Shown here: positions 47,415 through 57,371 of the stretch, piece after piece
Numbering within the stretch: the stretch's first letter is position 1
Layout: every line of letters begins with the position of its first letter
NCBI GenBank assembly: GCA_003222395.1
Contig: QHWB01000030.1
Coordinates: 304,593-368,592, forward strand
Direction of reading: 5' to 3'
DNA from: Acidobacteriota bacterium
GTDB lineage: Bacteria; Acidobacteriota; Vicinamibacteria; Vicinamibacterales; CAVVIG01
DNA: 64,000 nucleotides
Notes under the pieces: generated by a model
Seen by the model: only the letters and a program-made list of their open reading frames with translations
Database searches by the model: none
Told to the model about the DNA's origin: nothing
Translations under genes and position numbers: made by a program

Positions 47415-48920
47415 TCATCTCCCGCGGCACACGAAGCTCGCGGCATCGTCAATGCTGCCGGCTCCTTTGTACATCGCAAGCTGTGGGTACGGGCAAAGCG
47501 GACGCGTCCGATCGACGGCACCGTTGGTGGAATGCGACGCGGGAATCTGATCGGGCGCTTTGCCGTGCTCGACCCACTGCTCGAGCGCGGCAACCATGTC
47601 GAACGTGTTTGGTCCTTCGCCGCCGCCGCAATGGCCCATTCCCGGCGCCATGAACAATCGATACGATCCGTGAACCTTGGGGACTCCGCCGAGCGCGTCT
47701 ACGACGCGCGCGTAGTACTGCGTACTGTTCGCCGGCGAAATCTGCGGATCGGCCCAGCCGTGAAACTGAATGAGCTTGCCGCCATGGTCGATGAACGGTT
47801 TCAGGTTGGGATCCAGCGCATTGAGCGTGTCGCGATCGGCTTCCTCCGCCCGCGCGAGATCGCGATCGAAATTGAACTTCTGGATGTCCCACGCGGGATC
47901 GTTGAAGACGAGGAAACGGAACTGATCGAGCCCCGTGGATCGAGCGGACTCCGTCCATCCCAGGTCAGTCCATCCGAGCTCGCTGCCCGGCAACAGGCCG
48001 CCGACCTCGCGCCCGGTCGAAGCATTCACGCCCGCTGAATAAATCAACCGTGCGGTTTCGACTCGTGCCGGCGTCAGGCAGTCCGACTGCTCGGACCCGT
48101 TGCATTGCAGGACGCCCGGATCGAACTTGCATTTCGCAGGATCGGAAATCAGCCCGTCCTTCAAGCCATCGCCCGCGTCGCAGGCGTTGACGACGGCGCG
48201 ATGGAGAAGTCTGGCGTCGGTCGATGAGAGGCGTGCGGCTTCGTTGTGCTCCAGCGTCTTCGCGATCCGCACCGCCTGCGCCGCGCGGCCCGTCCAATCG
48301 AGACCCGGCGCACCGGCGATGATGCCGTTGAAATCCTCGGGGAAGCGCTGTGCCTCCTTCATCGCCTGCCGGCCGCCCGCGGAACAGCCGTTCCAGTACG
48401 AGACAGTGGGCGCGCTTCCGGTGTGACTCGCGATGATCTTCTTCGACGCGATCGCCATTTCGTGAACGGCGCGCCAGCCGAAGTCGACGACCTTCTCCGG
48501 ATGCCCGGCCGCCCAGGTCGCACCTCCGCCCACGTGTCCGGTGTCGGTGGAGCTCGTCGCGTAGCCGCGCGTCAGCGCGGTCGCCATGGCCGGGTAGCTG
48601 ATAGTGCCGTTGAAGGCGCCGTTGCCGACCGCCTGGTATTTGCCGTTCCAGTTCGCAGCAGGGATCCACACTTCCACTTTGATGTCGGAGTCGCTCGATG
48701 GTGTGAGCGTCGCCGCGACGCGGCAGAATGCCGGCAACGGTTTGGATGGGCTCCGCTGGCCGGGAGGCGTGCCGCCATCGACCGTTTCGGCACGAGTAAT
48801 CTTCCCGTTCGACAGCGCGAGCGCCGCCAAATCGGCGCACGAACCGCCGGCGGCAACGGTCTGGAGAGAAGCGACCCACGCAAGGACCACCGCGCACAAG
48901 CCGCCAACGACGATTCTCAT
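47415..48920 (-). CDS. Tannase / feruloyl esterase family alpha/beta hydrolase, exported
   Basis: Signal peptide, then FCRV...VWIPAANWNGKYQAVGNGAFNG. Nucleophile motif YWNGCSAGGRQAMKEAQRFPEDFNGIIAGAP is typical of the family. Confidence 0.88.
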   Translation of the reverse strand: MRIVVGGLCAVVLAWVASLQTVAAGGSCADLAALALSNGKITRAETVDGGTPPGQRSPSKPLPAFCRVAATLTPSSDSDIKVEVWIPAANWNGKYQAVGNGAFNGTISYPAMATALTRGYATSSTDTGHVGGGATWAAGHPEKVVDFGWRAVHEMAIASKKIIASHTGSAPTVSYWNGCSAGGRQAMKEAQRFPEDFNGIIAGAPGLDWTGRAAQAVRIAKTLEHNEAARLSSTDARLLHRAVVNACDAGDGLKDGLISDPAKCKFDPGVLQCNGSEQSDCLTPARVETARLIYSAGVNASTGREVGGLLPGSELGWTDLGWTESARSTGLDQFRFLVFNDPAWDIQKFNFDRDLARAEEADRDTLNALDPNLKPFIDHGGKLIQFHGWADPQISPANSTQYYARVVDALGGVPKVHGSYRLFMAPGMGHCGGGEGPNTFDMVAALEQWVEHGKAPDQIPASHSTNGAVDRTRPLCPYPQLAMYKGAGSIDDAASFVCRGR

Positions 48921-49039
48921 GACAGCTTCCTTTCGCGGCTTGACGCCCGCGTTCGCTGAAGCCGCGCAGTCGGCGCACAGATTAGATCAAAATACGATAG
49001 ACTCGCGCCTCCAACCGCAAGCAACTCAGGTGGTGTGAC

Positions 49040-49912
49040 ATGCGCATGGGCAGCATCCGGATGCGGGCCACACTGGCCGCCGGATTCGTCGGCAGCTTCA
49101 CGCTGCAGTTGTGGGCACAGGTAGCGCCGCCGGCGACGCCGGCCCGCAACCCCGTCACCGGCGATCCAAAAGCCATCACGCAAGGCGCAGTGCTCTTCCG
49201 GCAGGAATGCGTGTTCTGCCACGGATTCGGCGCCCGGGGCGGCGTGCGCGGTCCCGATCTGACCACGGGATCGTGGAGTCACGGCGGCTCCGATGCGGAG
49301 TTGGCGGACACGATCAAGGACGGCGTCGCGGGCACCGCGATGCCGCCGAACAACCTGACGATCGACGAGATCTGGCAGATCGTCGCGTACCTGCGCACGC
49401 TCGAGCAGCCGATGACGCCCACGGCCGGCGATCCGAAACGCGGTGAAGCGCTCTTCTTTGGAGCTGCTCGCTGCTCGACTTGTCACATCGTCAACGGACG
49501 CGGCGGCCTGCTGGGGCCGGAGCTGTCGACCGTCGGCTCGGCGCGATCGCGCGCGTACCTCATCGAGTCGGTTCGGGAGCCGGGACGACAACTGACCCGC
49601 AATCGCGCGTTCGGCGACCTCACGCTGAAGTACGACGCGGTGACGGCAGTCACAGCCGACGGTCGCACGATTGTCGGTGTGCCGATGAACGAGGACACGT
49701 TCACCGTGCAGCTGATGGACACGAGCGAGCGCGTCCACAGCCTGGACAAGAAAACGCTGAAGAGCCTCCGTCATGAAAACCGATCGCTGATGCCGGCCTA
49801 CGGCGCCGATCGGCTCGGCAACGCCGATCTGGACGACGTCATCGCGTACCTGCAGTCGTTGCGCGCGCCAACACCGGTTCGGAAGAGGGGCAGCTCGCAT
49901 GAAGACCAGTAA
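49040..49912 (+). CDS. Dihaem c-type cytochrome, exported
   Basis: Two CxxCH motifs (CVFCHG, CSTCHI) and a signal-like N-terminus. It overlaps the downstream PQQ dehydrogenase gene by 14 nt. Confidence 0.88.
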   Translation: MRMGSIRMRATLAAGFVGSFTLQLWAQVAPPATPARNPVTGDPKAITQGAVLFRQECVFCHGFGARGGVRGPDLTTGSWSHGGSDAELADTIKDGVAGTAMPPNNLTIDEIWQIVAYLRTLEQPMTPTAGDPKRGEALFFGAARCSTCHIVNGRGGLLGPELSTVGSARSRAYLIESVREPGRQLTRNRAFGDLTLKYDAVTAVTADGRTIVGVPMNEDTFTVQLMDTSERVHSLDKKTLKSLRHENRSLMPAYGADRLGNADLDDVIAYLQSLRAPTPVRKRGSSHEDQ

Positions 49913-51506
49913 CGCCGTTCTGCTCGCACTGTGTGTCACGGCATCGCCCGTCTCGGCTCAAGTGTCCGCCGAGCGGCTCGCCGATGCGGCGCGCGAACCG
50001 CAGCAGTGGCTGATGTATTCGGGCGCGTACGACGGCAGCCGTTTCTCGCCGCTCGATCAAATCAACCGGACCAACGTGCAGCGGCTCTCGCTGCAGTGGG
50101 TGTTTCAGAGCGGCGTCCGCGGCCGGCACGAAACGACGCCGCTCGTGATCGACGGCGTGATGTATCTGACGACGCCGCAGAATCATGCGTACGCGGTCGA
50201 CGTTCGCACCGGCCGTCCGCTCTGGCACTACGAGCGAAATCTGCCGAAGGAGATGTCGCTCTGCTGCGGTCCGCAGAACCGCGGCCTGGCGGCGCTGGGC
50301 GACCGCCTGTTCATGGGAACGCTCGACGCACACATCGTCAGCCTCGATGCGAAGACCGGCCGTGTGCGTTGGGATGTCGCTGCCGCTGATGCCGACAAGG
50401 GCTACAGCTTCACGGGCGCGCCGCTCGTCGTCAAAGACAAAGTCATCGTCGGCGTCGCCGGCGGTGAGTTCGGCGTTCGCGGTTTCATCGACGCGTACGA
50501 GACGGCGTCGGGGAAGCGCGCGTGGCGCTTCTACACGATCCCCGGCAGCGGCGAACCTGGAAACGAGACCTGGAAAGGCGATTCGTGGACGCGCGGCGGC
50601 GCGCCGACGTGGGTGACCGGCTCGTACGATCCGACCCTCAACTTGCTGTACTGGGGCACCGGCAACCCGGGACCGCAGATGTACGGCCCGAGCCGGCTCG
50701 GCGACAACTTGTACTCGGATTCGCTGGTCGCGCTCGACCCTGACACCGGCGCGCTGAAATGGCATTTCCAGTTCACGCCACACGACGTACACGACTGGGA
50801 TTCCACGCACACGCCGATCCTGATCGACGAAACGATTGCCGGCAGGCCCCGAAAGCTGGTCGCGGTCGCCAACCGCAACGGTTTTTTCTACGTCCTGGAT
50901 CGTGCGACCGGCGCGTTCCTGCTCGCGAGGCCTTACACACAGGTGACGTGGGCGAAGGAGATCGACGCCAACGGCCGACCCATCCTCGTTCCGAACACGG
51001 ATCCGACGGCCGAGGGAAATCGCGTCTGCCCGAGCGGAACCGGTGGCACCAACTGGCACTCGCCGTCTTACAGCCCGCGGACCCATTTGTTCTACTTCTT
51101 CAGCTACGAGCAATGCGACACGTTCATGTCGGATGAGAAGCTCGAGCCGCCGTATCGTCCCGGCCGGCCGTTCATCGGCAGCGCGTTTTTTCCGCTCCCC
51201 GAAGAGAAGACCGAAACCGCCGTGCGCGCCGTGGATCCCAGGACAGGCACCGTGCGATGGGAGTTCAAACAGTTCGCGGATGCGTGGGCCGGCGTCTTTT
51301 CAACCGCTGGCGGTCTCGTGTTCTCCGGCGACGGTCAGGGCAACCTCATCGCGCTCGATGCGGAGACAGGACGCGACCTTTGGCACATCCAGCTTGGCGC
51401 GCCGATTCACACGGCGGCAGTCAGCTACTCGGTCGATGGCCGCCAGCAGATCGCGATCACGGCCGGAGACGCCGTATTCGCCTTCGCGTTACGGAATGAG
51501 CCATAA
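49899..51506 (+). CDS. PQQ-dependent alcohol-dehydrogenase-type quinoprotein
   Basis: Signal peptide MKTSNAVLLALCVTASPVSAQ. Vicinal cysteines in SLCCGPQNRG, the hallmark disulfide ring of quinoprotein ADH/MDH. Also GGEFGVRGF, WGTGNPGP and TPHDVHDWDST. Confidence 0.88.
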   Translation: MKTSNAVLLALCVTASPVSAQVSAERLADAAREPQQWLMYSGAYDGSRFSPLDQINRTNVQRLSLQWVFQSGVRGRHETTPLVIDGVMYLTTPQNHAYAVDVRTGRPLWHYERNLPKEMSLCCGPQNRGLAALGDRLFMGTLDAHIVSLDAKTGRVRWDVAAADADKGYSFTGAPLVVKDKVIVGVAGGEFGVRGFIDAYETASGKRAWRFYTIPGSGEPGNETWKGDSWTRGGAPTWVTGSYDPTLNLLYWGTGNPGPQMYGPSRLGDNLYSDSLVALDPDTGALKWHFQFTPHDVHDWDSTHTPILIDETIAGRPRKLVAVANRNGFFYVLDRATGAFLLARPYTQVTWAKEIDANGRPILVPNTDPTAEGNRVCPSGTGGTNWHSPSYSPRTHLFYFFSYEQCDTFMSDEKLEPPYRPGRPFIGSAFFPLPEEKTETAVRAVDPRTGTVRWEFKQFADAWAGVFSTAGGLVFSGDGQGNLIALDAETGRDLWHIQLGAPIHTAAVSYSVDGRQQIAITAGDAVFAFALRNEP

Positions 51507-51509
51507 CTT

Positions 51510-51538
51510 CCGGTAGCGGGTTCCTTTCAGCCCGGAGG
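51510..51538. repeat. Possible solo REP-like copy (CCGGTAGCGGGTTCCTTTCAGCCCGGAGG) overlapping the GH31 ribosome-binding site
   Basis: It shares GTAGCG..G..C.TTTCAGCC with the 40715 element. CTTCCGG/CCGGAGG can form a 7-bp stem that includes the SD GGAGG. The similarity is weak. Confidence 0.3.
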
Positions 51539-51544
51539 TGGCGC

Positions 51545-54049
51545 GTGCGTCGAAAGCCACGGCTGATATGGCTCCTCGCGAGCGGGTTCGTTCTTGCAGC
51601 CACGTCCGCGCGCGCGCAGTGGTCGACGGTCGGTCCGATGCAGCCGGTCGGCCGATCGACGTCGTCGCTGACTTTCCGCGACAGCCGGTCGATCGTCTCG
51701 GTGACGGCCGTCACCGCCGACATCATCCGCGTCCGCTTCTCGCCGACGCGCGACCTCGGACGCGATCATTCCTACGCCGTCGTGCCAGTTCCTGCCGGAG
51801 ACGAGGCGCCGACGATTTCGGCGGACAGGGATCGTACGGTTCTGACGACGCGGTCGCTTCGCGTCACGATGCGGCACTCGCCATTTCGAGTCTCGATTGC
51901 CGACGCCGCAGGCGACGTGCTCGATGAAGACGATGCGGCGCAGGGGATCGCATGGTCGGGCACGATGGCGCGCGCGTACAAGCGACTACGCGTCGACGAG
52001 CACGTGTACGGGCTCGGCGAGAAGAACGGACTGCTCGACAAGCGCGGACGCCAGCAGGGCGGCTACAGCTATACGATGTGGAACAGCGACACGTTCGCGT
52101 ACGGCGCCGACACCGATCCGATCTACGTGTCCGTGCCGTTCGCGATCGTGATGCGCGGCGGCAGAGCACACGGCCTGTTCCTCGACAACACGTCGCGCAC
52201 CAACTTCGACATCGGCCACACCGCCGAAGGCATCCTCGCGTTCGGCGTCGAGCAGGGAGAGCTGAATTACTACTTCATCAACGGCCCCGCTCCCGCCGAC
52301 GTGGTCTCGCGATACACGTCGCTCACCGGGCGGATGCCGATGCCGCCGCTGTGGGCGCTCGGGTATCACCAGTGCCGGTACAGCTATTACCCGGAATCGA
52401 CGGTCCGCTTCGTCGCCGAGAATTTTCGAGCGCGTCGCATCCCGGCCGACACGATCTGGCTCGACATCCACTATCAGGATGGTTACAAGCCGTTCACATG
52501 GGACCCCGAGCGATTTCCCAATCCCGCTCGGCTCGCCGCCGATCTCGGTCAACAGGGATTTCATCTCGTCACGATCGTCGATGCGCATCCGAAAAAGGAA
52601 GTGGGATACGAGCCGTACGACACCGGTCTGGCAGGAGATCACTTCGTCAGGACACCGGACGGCTCGATTTACGAGGCGCCCGTCTGGCCCGCGCGCGCCG
52701 AGCGAAATCCCGGACCGAGCGTGTTCCCCGATTTCACGCGGCCCGCCACGCGCACGTGGTGGGGATCGCTCTATGCGCGGCTGCTCGACGCCGGCGTCGC
52801 CGGCATCTGGAACGACATGAACGAGCCGGCGGTGTTCGATACGCCGACCGGCACGATGCCGCTCGACGTACGCTTCGACAACGAGGGGATGCCCGCCTCG
52901 CACGCGGCTGTGCACAACGTGTACGGCCAGCTGGCGTCTCGTTCGACCTACGAAGGACTGCAGCGCCTCCGCCCGAACTCGCGTCCGTTCGTCCTGACCC
53001 GCGCGACCTACGCCGGCGGCCAGCGGTACGCGGCTGTGTGGGCGGGCGACAACGTCAGCGAGTGGACGCACCTGCGCGGATCGATCCCGTTACTGCTCGG
53101 CATGGGCCTCTCGGGCCTGCCCTTCGTCGGCGTCGACATCGGCGGCTTCGCCGAAGCGCCGAGCGCGGAGCTCTACACGCGCTGGCTGCAGCTGGGCGTG
53201 TTCTACCCGTTCACGCGCACGCACACGACGTTCGGCACGCCGGATCAGGATCCATGGTCGTACGGAACCGATCACGAGGCACTGAACCGCCGCGCGATCG
53301 AGCTGCGGTACGAGCTGCTGCCCTACATCTATAACGTCATGCACGACGCGAGCGTCTCCGGACTGCCGGCGCTGCGTCCGCTGATGCTCGACTTCCCCGG
53401 CGACCCCGTCACGTACGGCCTCGACGACGAGGTGATGCTCGGACGCGATCTCCTCGCGGCGCCCGTGCTGTGGCCGAACGCGTCGGAGCGATCGGTCTAC
53501 CTGCCGGCCGGTGCGTGGATCGATTTCTGGACCGGCTCGCGCTTCGCCGGCGGCCGCGGCTATCGCGTGCCGGTGACGCTGCGCTCGATTCCGGTCTTCG
53601 CGAGAGCCGGTTCGCTGATCTTCGAGCACGCGGCCGTGCAGCACACCGGTGAGCTCCGCGGCCAGCCGCTCCGCGTCGTCGTCATGCCGGGCGCCGACGG
53701 CGAGGCGACGCTGTACGAAGACGATGGGGAGACGCGCGCGTACGCGCAAGGAATGTCGGTGACGCGTGCGTTCCGCCATCGCACGACCGCCGATCGCGAG
53801 ACGATCGCGATCGGCGCGCCCGACGGCCCGTTCCGTCCCGCGCCGCGCGATCTGTGGCTGCTCGTCCGGCGCGCGGCGCCCGCGCGCGTCACCGTCGCCG
53901 GCGCCGCGATACGGCGCGTGAGTGTCACCGAGCTCGCGACACAAACGAATGCGGCGTGGGCGGTCGACGACAGCGGCGTCGTGAACGTGCGCATGCGCGA
54001 TGATTTCGCCGCGACCGAGGTGATCGTCGAAGGCGCTGAACGTCCGTGA
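51545..54049 (+). CDS. Glycoside hydrolase family 31 (alpha-glucosidase-like), exported
   Basis: Nucleophile motif GIWNDMNEPAVF and acid/base region AAVWAGDNVSEW. 834 aa with signal MRRKPRLIWLLASGFVLAATSARAQ (GTG start). Confidence 0.92.
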   Translation: MRRKPRLIWLLASGFVLAATSARAQWSTVGPMQPVGRSTSSLTFRDSRSIVSVTAVTADIIRVRFSPTRDLGRDHSYAVVPVPAGDEAPTISADRDRTVLTTRSLRVTMRHSPFRVSIADAAGDVLDEDDAAQGIAWSGTMARAYKRLRVDEHVYGLGEKNGLLDKRGRQQGGYSYTMWNSDTFAYGADTDPIYVSVPFAIVMRGGRAHGLFLDNTSRTNFDIGHTAEGILAFGVEQGELNYYFINGPAPADVVSRYTSLTGRMPMPPLWALGYHQCRYSYYPESTVRFVAENFRARRIPADTIWLDIHYQDGYKPFTWDPERFPNPARLAADLGQQGFHLVTIVDAHPKKEVGYEPYDTGLAGDHFVRTPDGSIYEAPVWPARAERNPGPSVFPDFTRPATRTWWGSLYARLLDAGVAGIWNDMNEPAVFDTPTGTMPLDVRFDNEGMPASHAAVHNVYGQLASRSTYEGLQRLRPNSRPFVLTRATYAGGQRYAAVWAGDNVSEWTHLRGSIPLLLGMGLSGLPFVGVDIGGFAEAPSAELYTRWLQLGVFYPFTRTHTTFGTPDQDPWSYGTDHEALNRRAIELRYELLPYIYNVMHDASVSGLPALRPLMLDFPGDPVTYGLDDEVMLGRDLLAAPVLWPNASERSVYLPAGAWIDFWTGSRFAGGRGYRVPVTLRSIPVFARAGSLIFEHAAVQHTGELRGQPLRVVVMPGADGEATLYEDDGETRAYAQGMSVTRAFRHRTTADRETIAIGAPDGPFRPAPRDLWLLVRRAAPARVTVAGAAIRRVSVTELATQTNAAWAVDDSGVVNVRMRDDFAATEVIVEGAERP

Positions 54050-54072
54050 GATTGGGTGGTAACATCCCGCCG

Positions 54073-55632
54073 ATGTTCCGGCGGCTCAGCTCGATCGCGG
54101 TCGCCGCGGCGTTGCTCGTCGCGGGCGCCGCGACCGTCGGTGCGCAAACACAGGCGGCGTCCGACGTCGACGCGATGATCGTCCGCGGCGAGCGCCTTGT
54201 TGCCGCGAACCGTCTGGACGAAGCGGCATCGATCGCGAATGAAGCGCTCGCGCGCCGGCCCGAGTCGGCGCGCGCGCATTACCTGCTCGGCGTCGTTCAC
54301 GAGCGCCGGCAGCAGCTCGACGCCGCGGCGGCGGAGTACCGCGCCGCCATTGCGCGCGCGCCGCAGCTCGCCGAGGCACACGACCGGCTCGGGTTCGTTC
54401 TCGGCACGCAGGGTCGCAGCGACGAAGCCATCGCGGAATTCGAACGAGCGATCGCGATTCGCCCGGCTTTTTTCGATGCCCAGTACCATCTCGGCGCGAC
54501 GCTGTGGTGGACCAAGCAGGTGGACCGCGCCCGCGTGGCGCTCGGCCGCGCGGTCCGGTTACGGCCTGCTCACGCAGAGGCTCGCTACTATCTGGCCGTC
54601 GCCGAACGGCAGTCAGGAGATCTCGCGGCGGCGATCCGGGATCTGCGCGTCGCGCTGCGATACGCGCCCGGGCTCGCCATCGCGCATACGCAGCTCGGCG
54701 CCGCGCTGCAGGCGTCGGGCGATCTCGACGGCGCCATCGGCGAGTTCCGGCGCGCGCTCGACATCGATCCGACCCTGTCGGACGCGGGCAACAGTCTCGG
54801 CCTCGCGCTCATGCAGCGAGGCGACGCCGACGAAGCCATCCAGACGCTGCGCGCGGTGATCGCGCGCTATCCGGATCACACCGCCGCGCGCCTGAACCTC
54901 GGCACCGCGCTGATGCAGAAAGGCGACCTCGCCGGCGCCACCGCCGAGTACCGGGAGCTGACGCGCCGCGATCCAACGAACGCAGAAGGGTTCTACGATC
55001 TCGGCCTCGCGCTCAAGCAGCAGGACGAGTTCGACGAAGCCGAAGGCGCCCTTCGAACGGCCATGCGAATCGATACCGCGCTGCCCGAAGCGCCGTACAC
55101 CCTCGGCGTCGTGCTGTGGCAGACCGGTCGAGCCGACGAGGCCGCGGCGCTCTTCGAGAACGCGCTGGCGCGGCGGCCGCGCTATGCCGACGCGCATTAC
55201 ATGCTCGGCACGGTGTTCAGGCAGCAGGGCGATCTCGAGCGAGCGGTGGCGGAGTTCCGCGAAACGATTCGGATCAACCCGGCATCGTCCGAAGCGCACA
55301 CGAGCCTCGGCCAGGCGCTGCAGGCGCAGCACGACGGGGAAGGATCGGCGGCGGCATTCGCCGAGGCCGAGCGCCTGAGGAAGCGGAAGGCCGACGCGCA
55401 GGCGGCTGTGTTCGCCGTCAACGCCGGTCTGGAGCGGCTGAAGCGCGACGACCTCGCCGCCGCAATCGCGCGGTTCCGCGACGCCGTTCGTCTCGACCCG
55501 GACAGCGCGCAGGCGCACTTTCAGCTCGCGCTCGCGCTGCGCCGCAGCGGCGCGCTCGTCGAATCGCGCAGAGAGCTGCAGGCGGCAGAACGGCTGGCGC
55601 CGCATCTGAAAGCGCCGGACTCGCAGCCATGA
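54073..55632 (+). CDS. Tetratricopeptide-repeat protein, exported
   Basis: MFRRLSSIAVAAALLVAGAATVGAQ signal (ATG 54073; the track's GTG 54046 is an alternative). More than 10 consecutive 34-aa TPR units (A..Y..A...P....A...LG..L...G....A). Confidence 0.85.
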   Translation: MFRRLSSIAVAAALLVAGAATVGAQTQAASDVDAMIVRGERLVAANRLDEAASIANEALARRPESARAHYLLGVVHERRQQLDAAAAEYRAAIARAPQLAEAHDRLGFVLGTQGRSDEAIAEFERAIAIRPAFFDAQYHLGATLWWTKQVDRARVALGRAVRLRPAHAEARYYLAVAERQSGDLAAAIRDLRVALRYAPGLAIAHTQLGAALQASGDLDGAIGEFRRALDIDPTLSDAGNSLGLALMQRGDADEAIQTLRAVIARYPDHTAARLNLGTALMQKGDLAGATAEYRELTRRDPTNAEGFYDLGLALKQQDEFDEAEGALRTAMRIDTALPEAPYTLGVVLWQTGRADEAAALFENALARRPRYADAHYMLGTVFRQQGDLERAVAEFRETIRINPASSEAHTSLGQALQAQHDGEGSAAAFAEAERLRKRKADAQAAVFAVNAGLERLKRDDLAAAIARFRDAVRLDPDSAQAHFQLALALRRSGALVESRRELQAAERLAPHLKAPDSQP

Positions 55633-57371
55633 GTCGTGTCGGTATCAGGCCCACCATCGCTTCGCCGACCCTCGCCGTTTTCGTCGTTCTTGCGCTCACG
55701 GCGATTCGGAGCGGCTTCGCGTTCGTTCACGAAGCGCCGGCGGCGCTCAGCTTTTCCTTCAGCAACGTCGCGCGCGCGGCCGGTCTCGACCGCATGATCG
55801 TCTATGGCGGCGCGGACGCGAACAAGTACCTGCTCGAAACCACCGGCACCGGTGTCGCGGCGATCGATTACGACCACGACGGCTGGCTGGATCTGTTTTT
55901 CGTCAATGGATCGACGCTCGAAGGATTCCCGGCCGCGACGGCGCCGACCAATCATCTCTATCGCAACCGTCGCGACGGCACGTTCGAAGACGTCACAGCC
56001 AAAGCGGGGCTTGCGGCGAGCGGCTGGGGGCAAGGCGCGTGTGTCGGCGACTACGACAACGACGGCCACGACGATCTGTTCGTCAGCTACTTCGGACACA
56101 ACCGGCTCTACCACAATCGCGCCGACGGCACGTTTGAAGATGTCACACGGAGCGCGGGTCTGACGAACGCGGGTACGCGCTGGGGAACCGGCTGCGCGTT
56201 CCTCGACTACGATCGCGACGGACGCCTCGACCTCTTCGTCGCCAACTACATCGATCTCGACCTCGCCACCGCGCCGACGCCGGAGTCGGGTCTCTGCCGC
56301 TACAAAGGGATCAAGGTCGCCTGCGGTCCGCCGGGACTCACCGGCGGCAGGAACGCGCTGTATCACAATCGCGGCAACGGCGCGTTCGAGGACGTCTCGG
56401 AGCGCGCGGGCATCACGCGCGCGAAAGGCACGTACGGCCTCGGCGTGAGCACGCTCGACTTCGACAACGACGGCTGGACCGATCTGTACGTCGCGAACGA
56501 CTCCAATCCGAGCGCGCTCTACCGCAACAACCGCGACGGCACGTTCACCGACGTCGGCGTCATCAGCGGGTGCGCGTACAGCCAGGACGGCAAGCCGCAG
56601 GCCGGCATGGGCGTCGCCATCGGCGATTACGATCGCAACGGGACGATGGACGTGTTCAAGACGAACTTCGCGGGCGACACGTCGACGCTGTATGCGAACA
56701 CGGGCGACGGACTCTGCGAGGACCGGACGTTCGCCTCCGGGATCGGCGTCAACACGCGCTGGCTCGGCTGGGGCACCGGCTGGATCGATCTCGACAACGA
56801 CGGCTGGCCGGATCTGTTTCTCACCAATGGACATGTGTATCCCGAGGTCGCGCAACTGAAGACCGAAGCCGGGTACAAGCAGCGGAAGGTGGTGTACCTG
56901 AATCTCGGCAACGGCCGCTTCTCGGACATCAGCGAACGGCTCGGGGAGCCGGTGACCACCGCGAAGGCCGGCCGCGGCGCGGCGTTCGTCGATTTCGACA
57001 ACGACGGACACGTGGACGTCGCGATCTCGAACGTGAACGACACGCCGGATCTGTTCCGGCTGCAGGACCGATCCGGCCATCACTGGGTGACGCTGGCGCT
57101 CGTCGGAACGAAATCGAACCGCAACGCGATCGGCGCGCGCGTGCGATCGGTCGCCGCGGGCATCGCGCACTGGGACGAAGTGCGCGGCGGCGGCAGCTAT
57201 CTTTCGCAGAACGACTTCCGCGTTCATTTCGGATTGGGCGACGCGGCGACGATCGAGCGTGTGGACGTCCGCTGGCCCAACGGCCTCGAGGAAAGCTGGG
57301 ACGGCCTGACCGTGGATACGTTTCACGTGCTGAAGGAAGGCAGCGGACATGCTCAGCGTCCGAGCCGCTGA
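55629..57371 (+). CDS. CRTAC1-family protein (FG-GAP/VCBS repeats + ASPIC/UnbV C-terminal domain)
   Basis: Internal ATG 55629 (ATGA overlap with the TPR stop) of listed ORF 54504..57371. Repeated DYD(H/N)DGWLDLF motifs. C-terminal NRNAIGARVRSVAAGIAHWDEVRGGGSYLSQNDFRVHFGLGDAATIERVDVRWPNG. Confidence 0.9.
   Translation: MSRVGIRPTIASPTLAVFVVLALTAIRSGFAFVHEAPAALSFSFSNVARAAGLDRMIVYGGADANKYLLETTGTGVAAIDYDHDGWLDLFFVNGSTLEGFPAATAPTNHLYRNRRDGTFEDVTAKAGLAASGWGQGACVGDYDNDGHDDLFVSYFGHNRLYHNRADGTFEDVTRSAGLTNAGTRWGTGCAFLDYDRDGRLDLFVANYIDLDLATAPTPESGLCRYKGIKVACGPPGLTGGRNALYHNRGNGAFEDVSERAGITRAKGTYGLGVSTLDFDNDGWTDLYVANDSNPSALYRNNRDGTFTDVGVISGCAYSQDGKPQAGMGVAIGDYDRNGTMDVFKTNFAGDTSTLYANTGDGLCEDRTFASGIGVNTRWLGWGTGWIDLDNDGWPDLFLTNGHVYPEVAQLKTEAGYKQRKVVYLNLGNGRFSDISERLGEPVTTAKAGRGAAFVDFDNDGHVDVAISNVNDTPDLFRLQDRSGHHWVTLALVGTKSNRNAIGARVRSVAAGIAHWDEVRGGGSYLSQNDFRVHFGLGDAATIERVDVRWPNGLEESWDGLTVDTFHVLKEGSGHAQRPSR

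Noticed and set aside
49899-51506. Lanthanide-dependent (XoxF/PedH-type) assignment for the PQQ dehydrogenases.
   Set aside because: The residue two positions after the catalytic Asp of the WD motif is Thr (WDST) or Asn (WDAN), not the Asp associated with lanthanide coordination. An alignment is needed to confirm the register.
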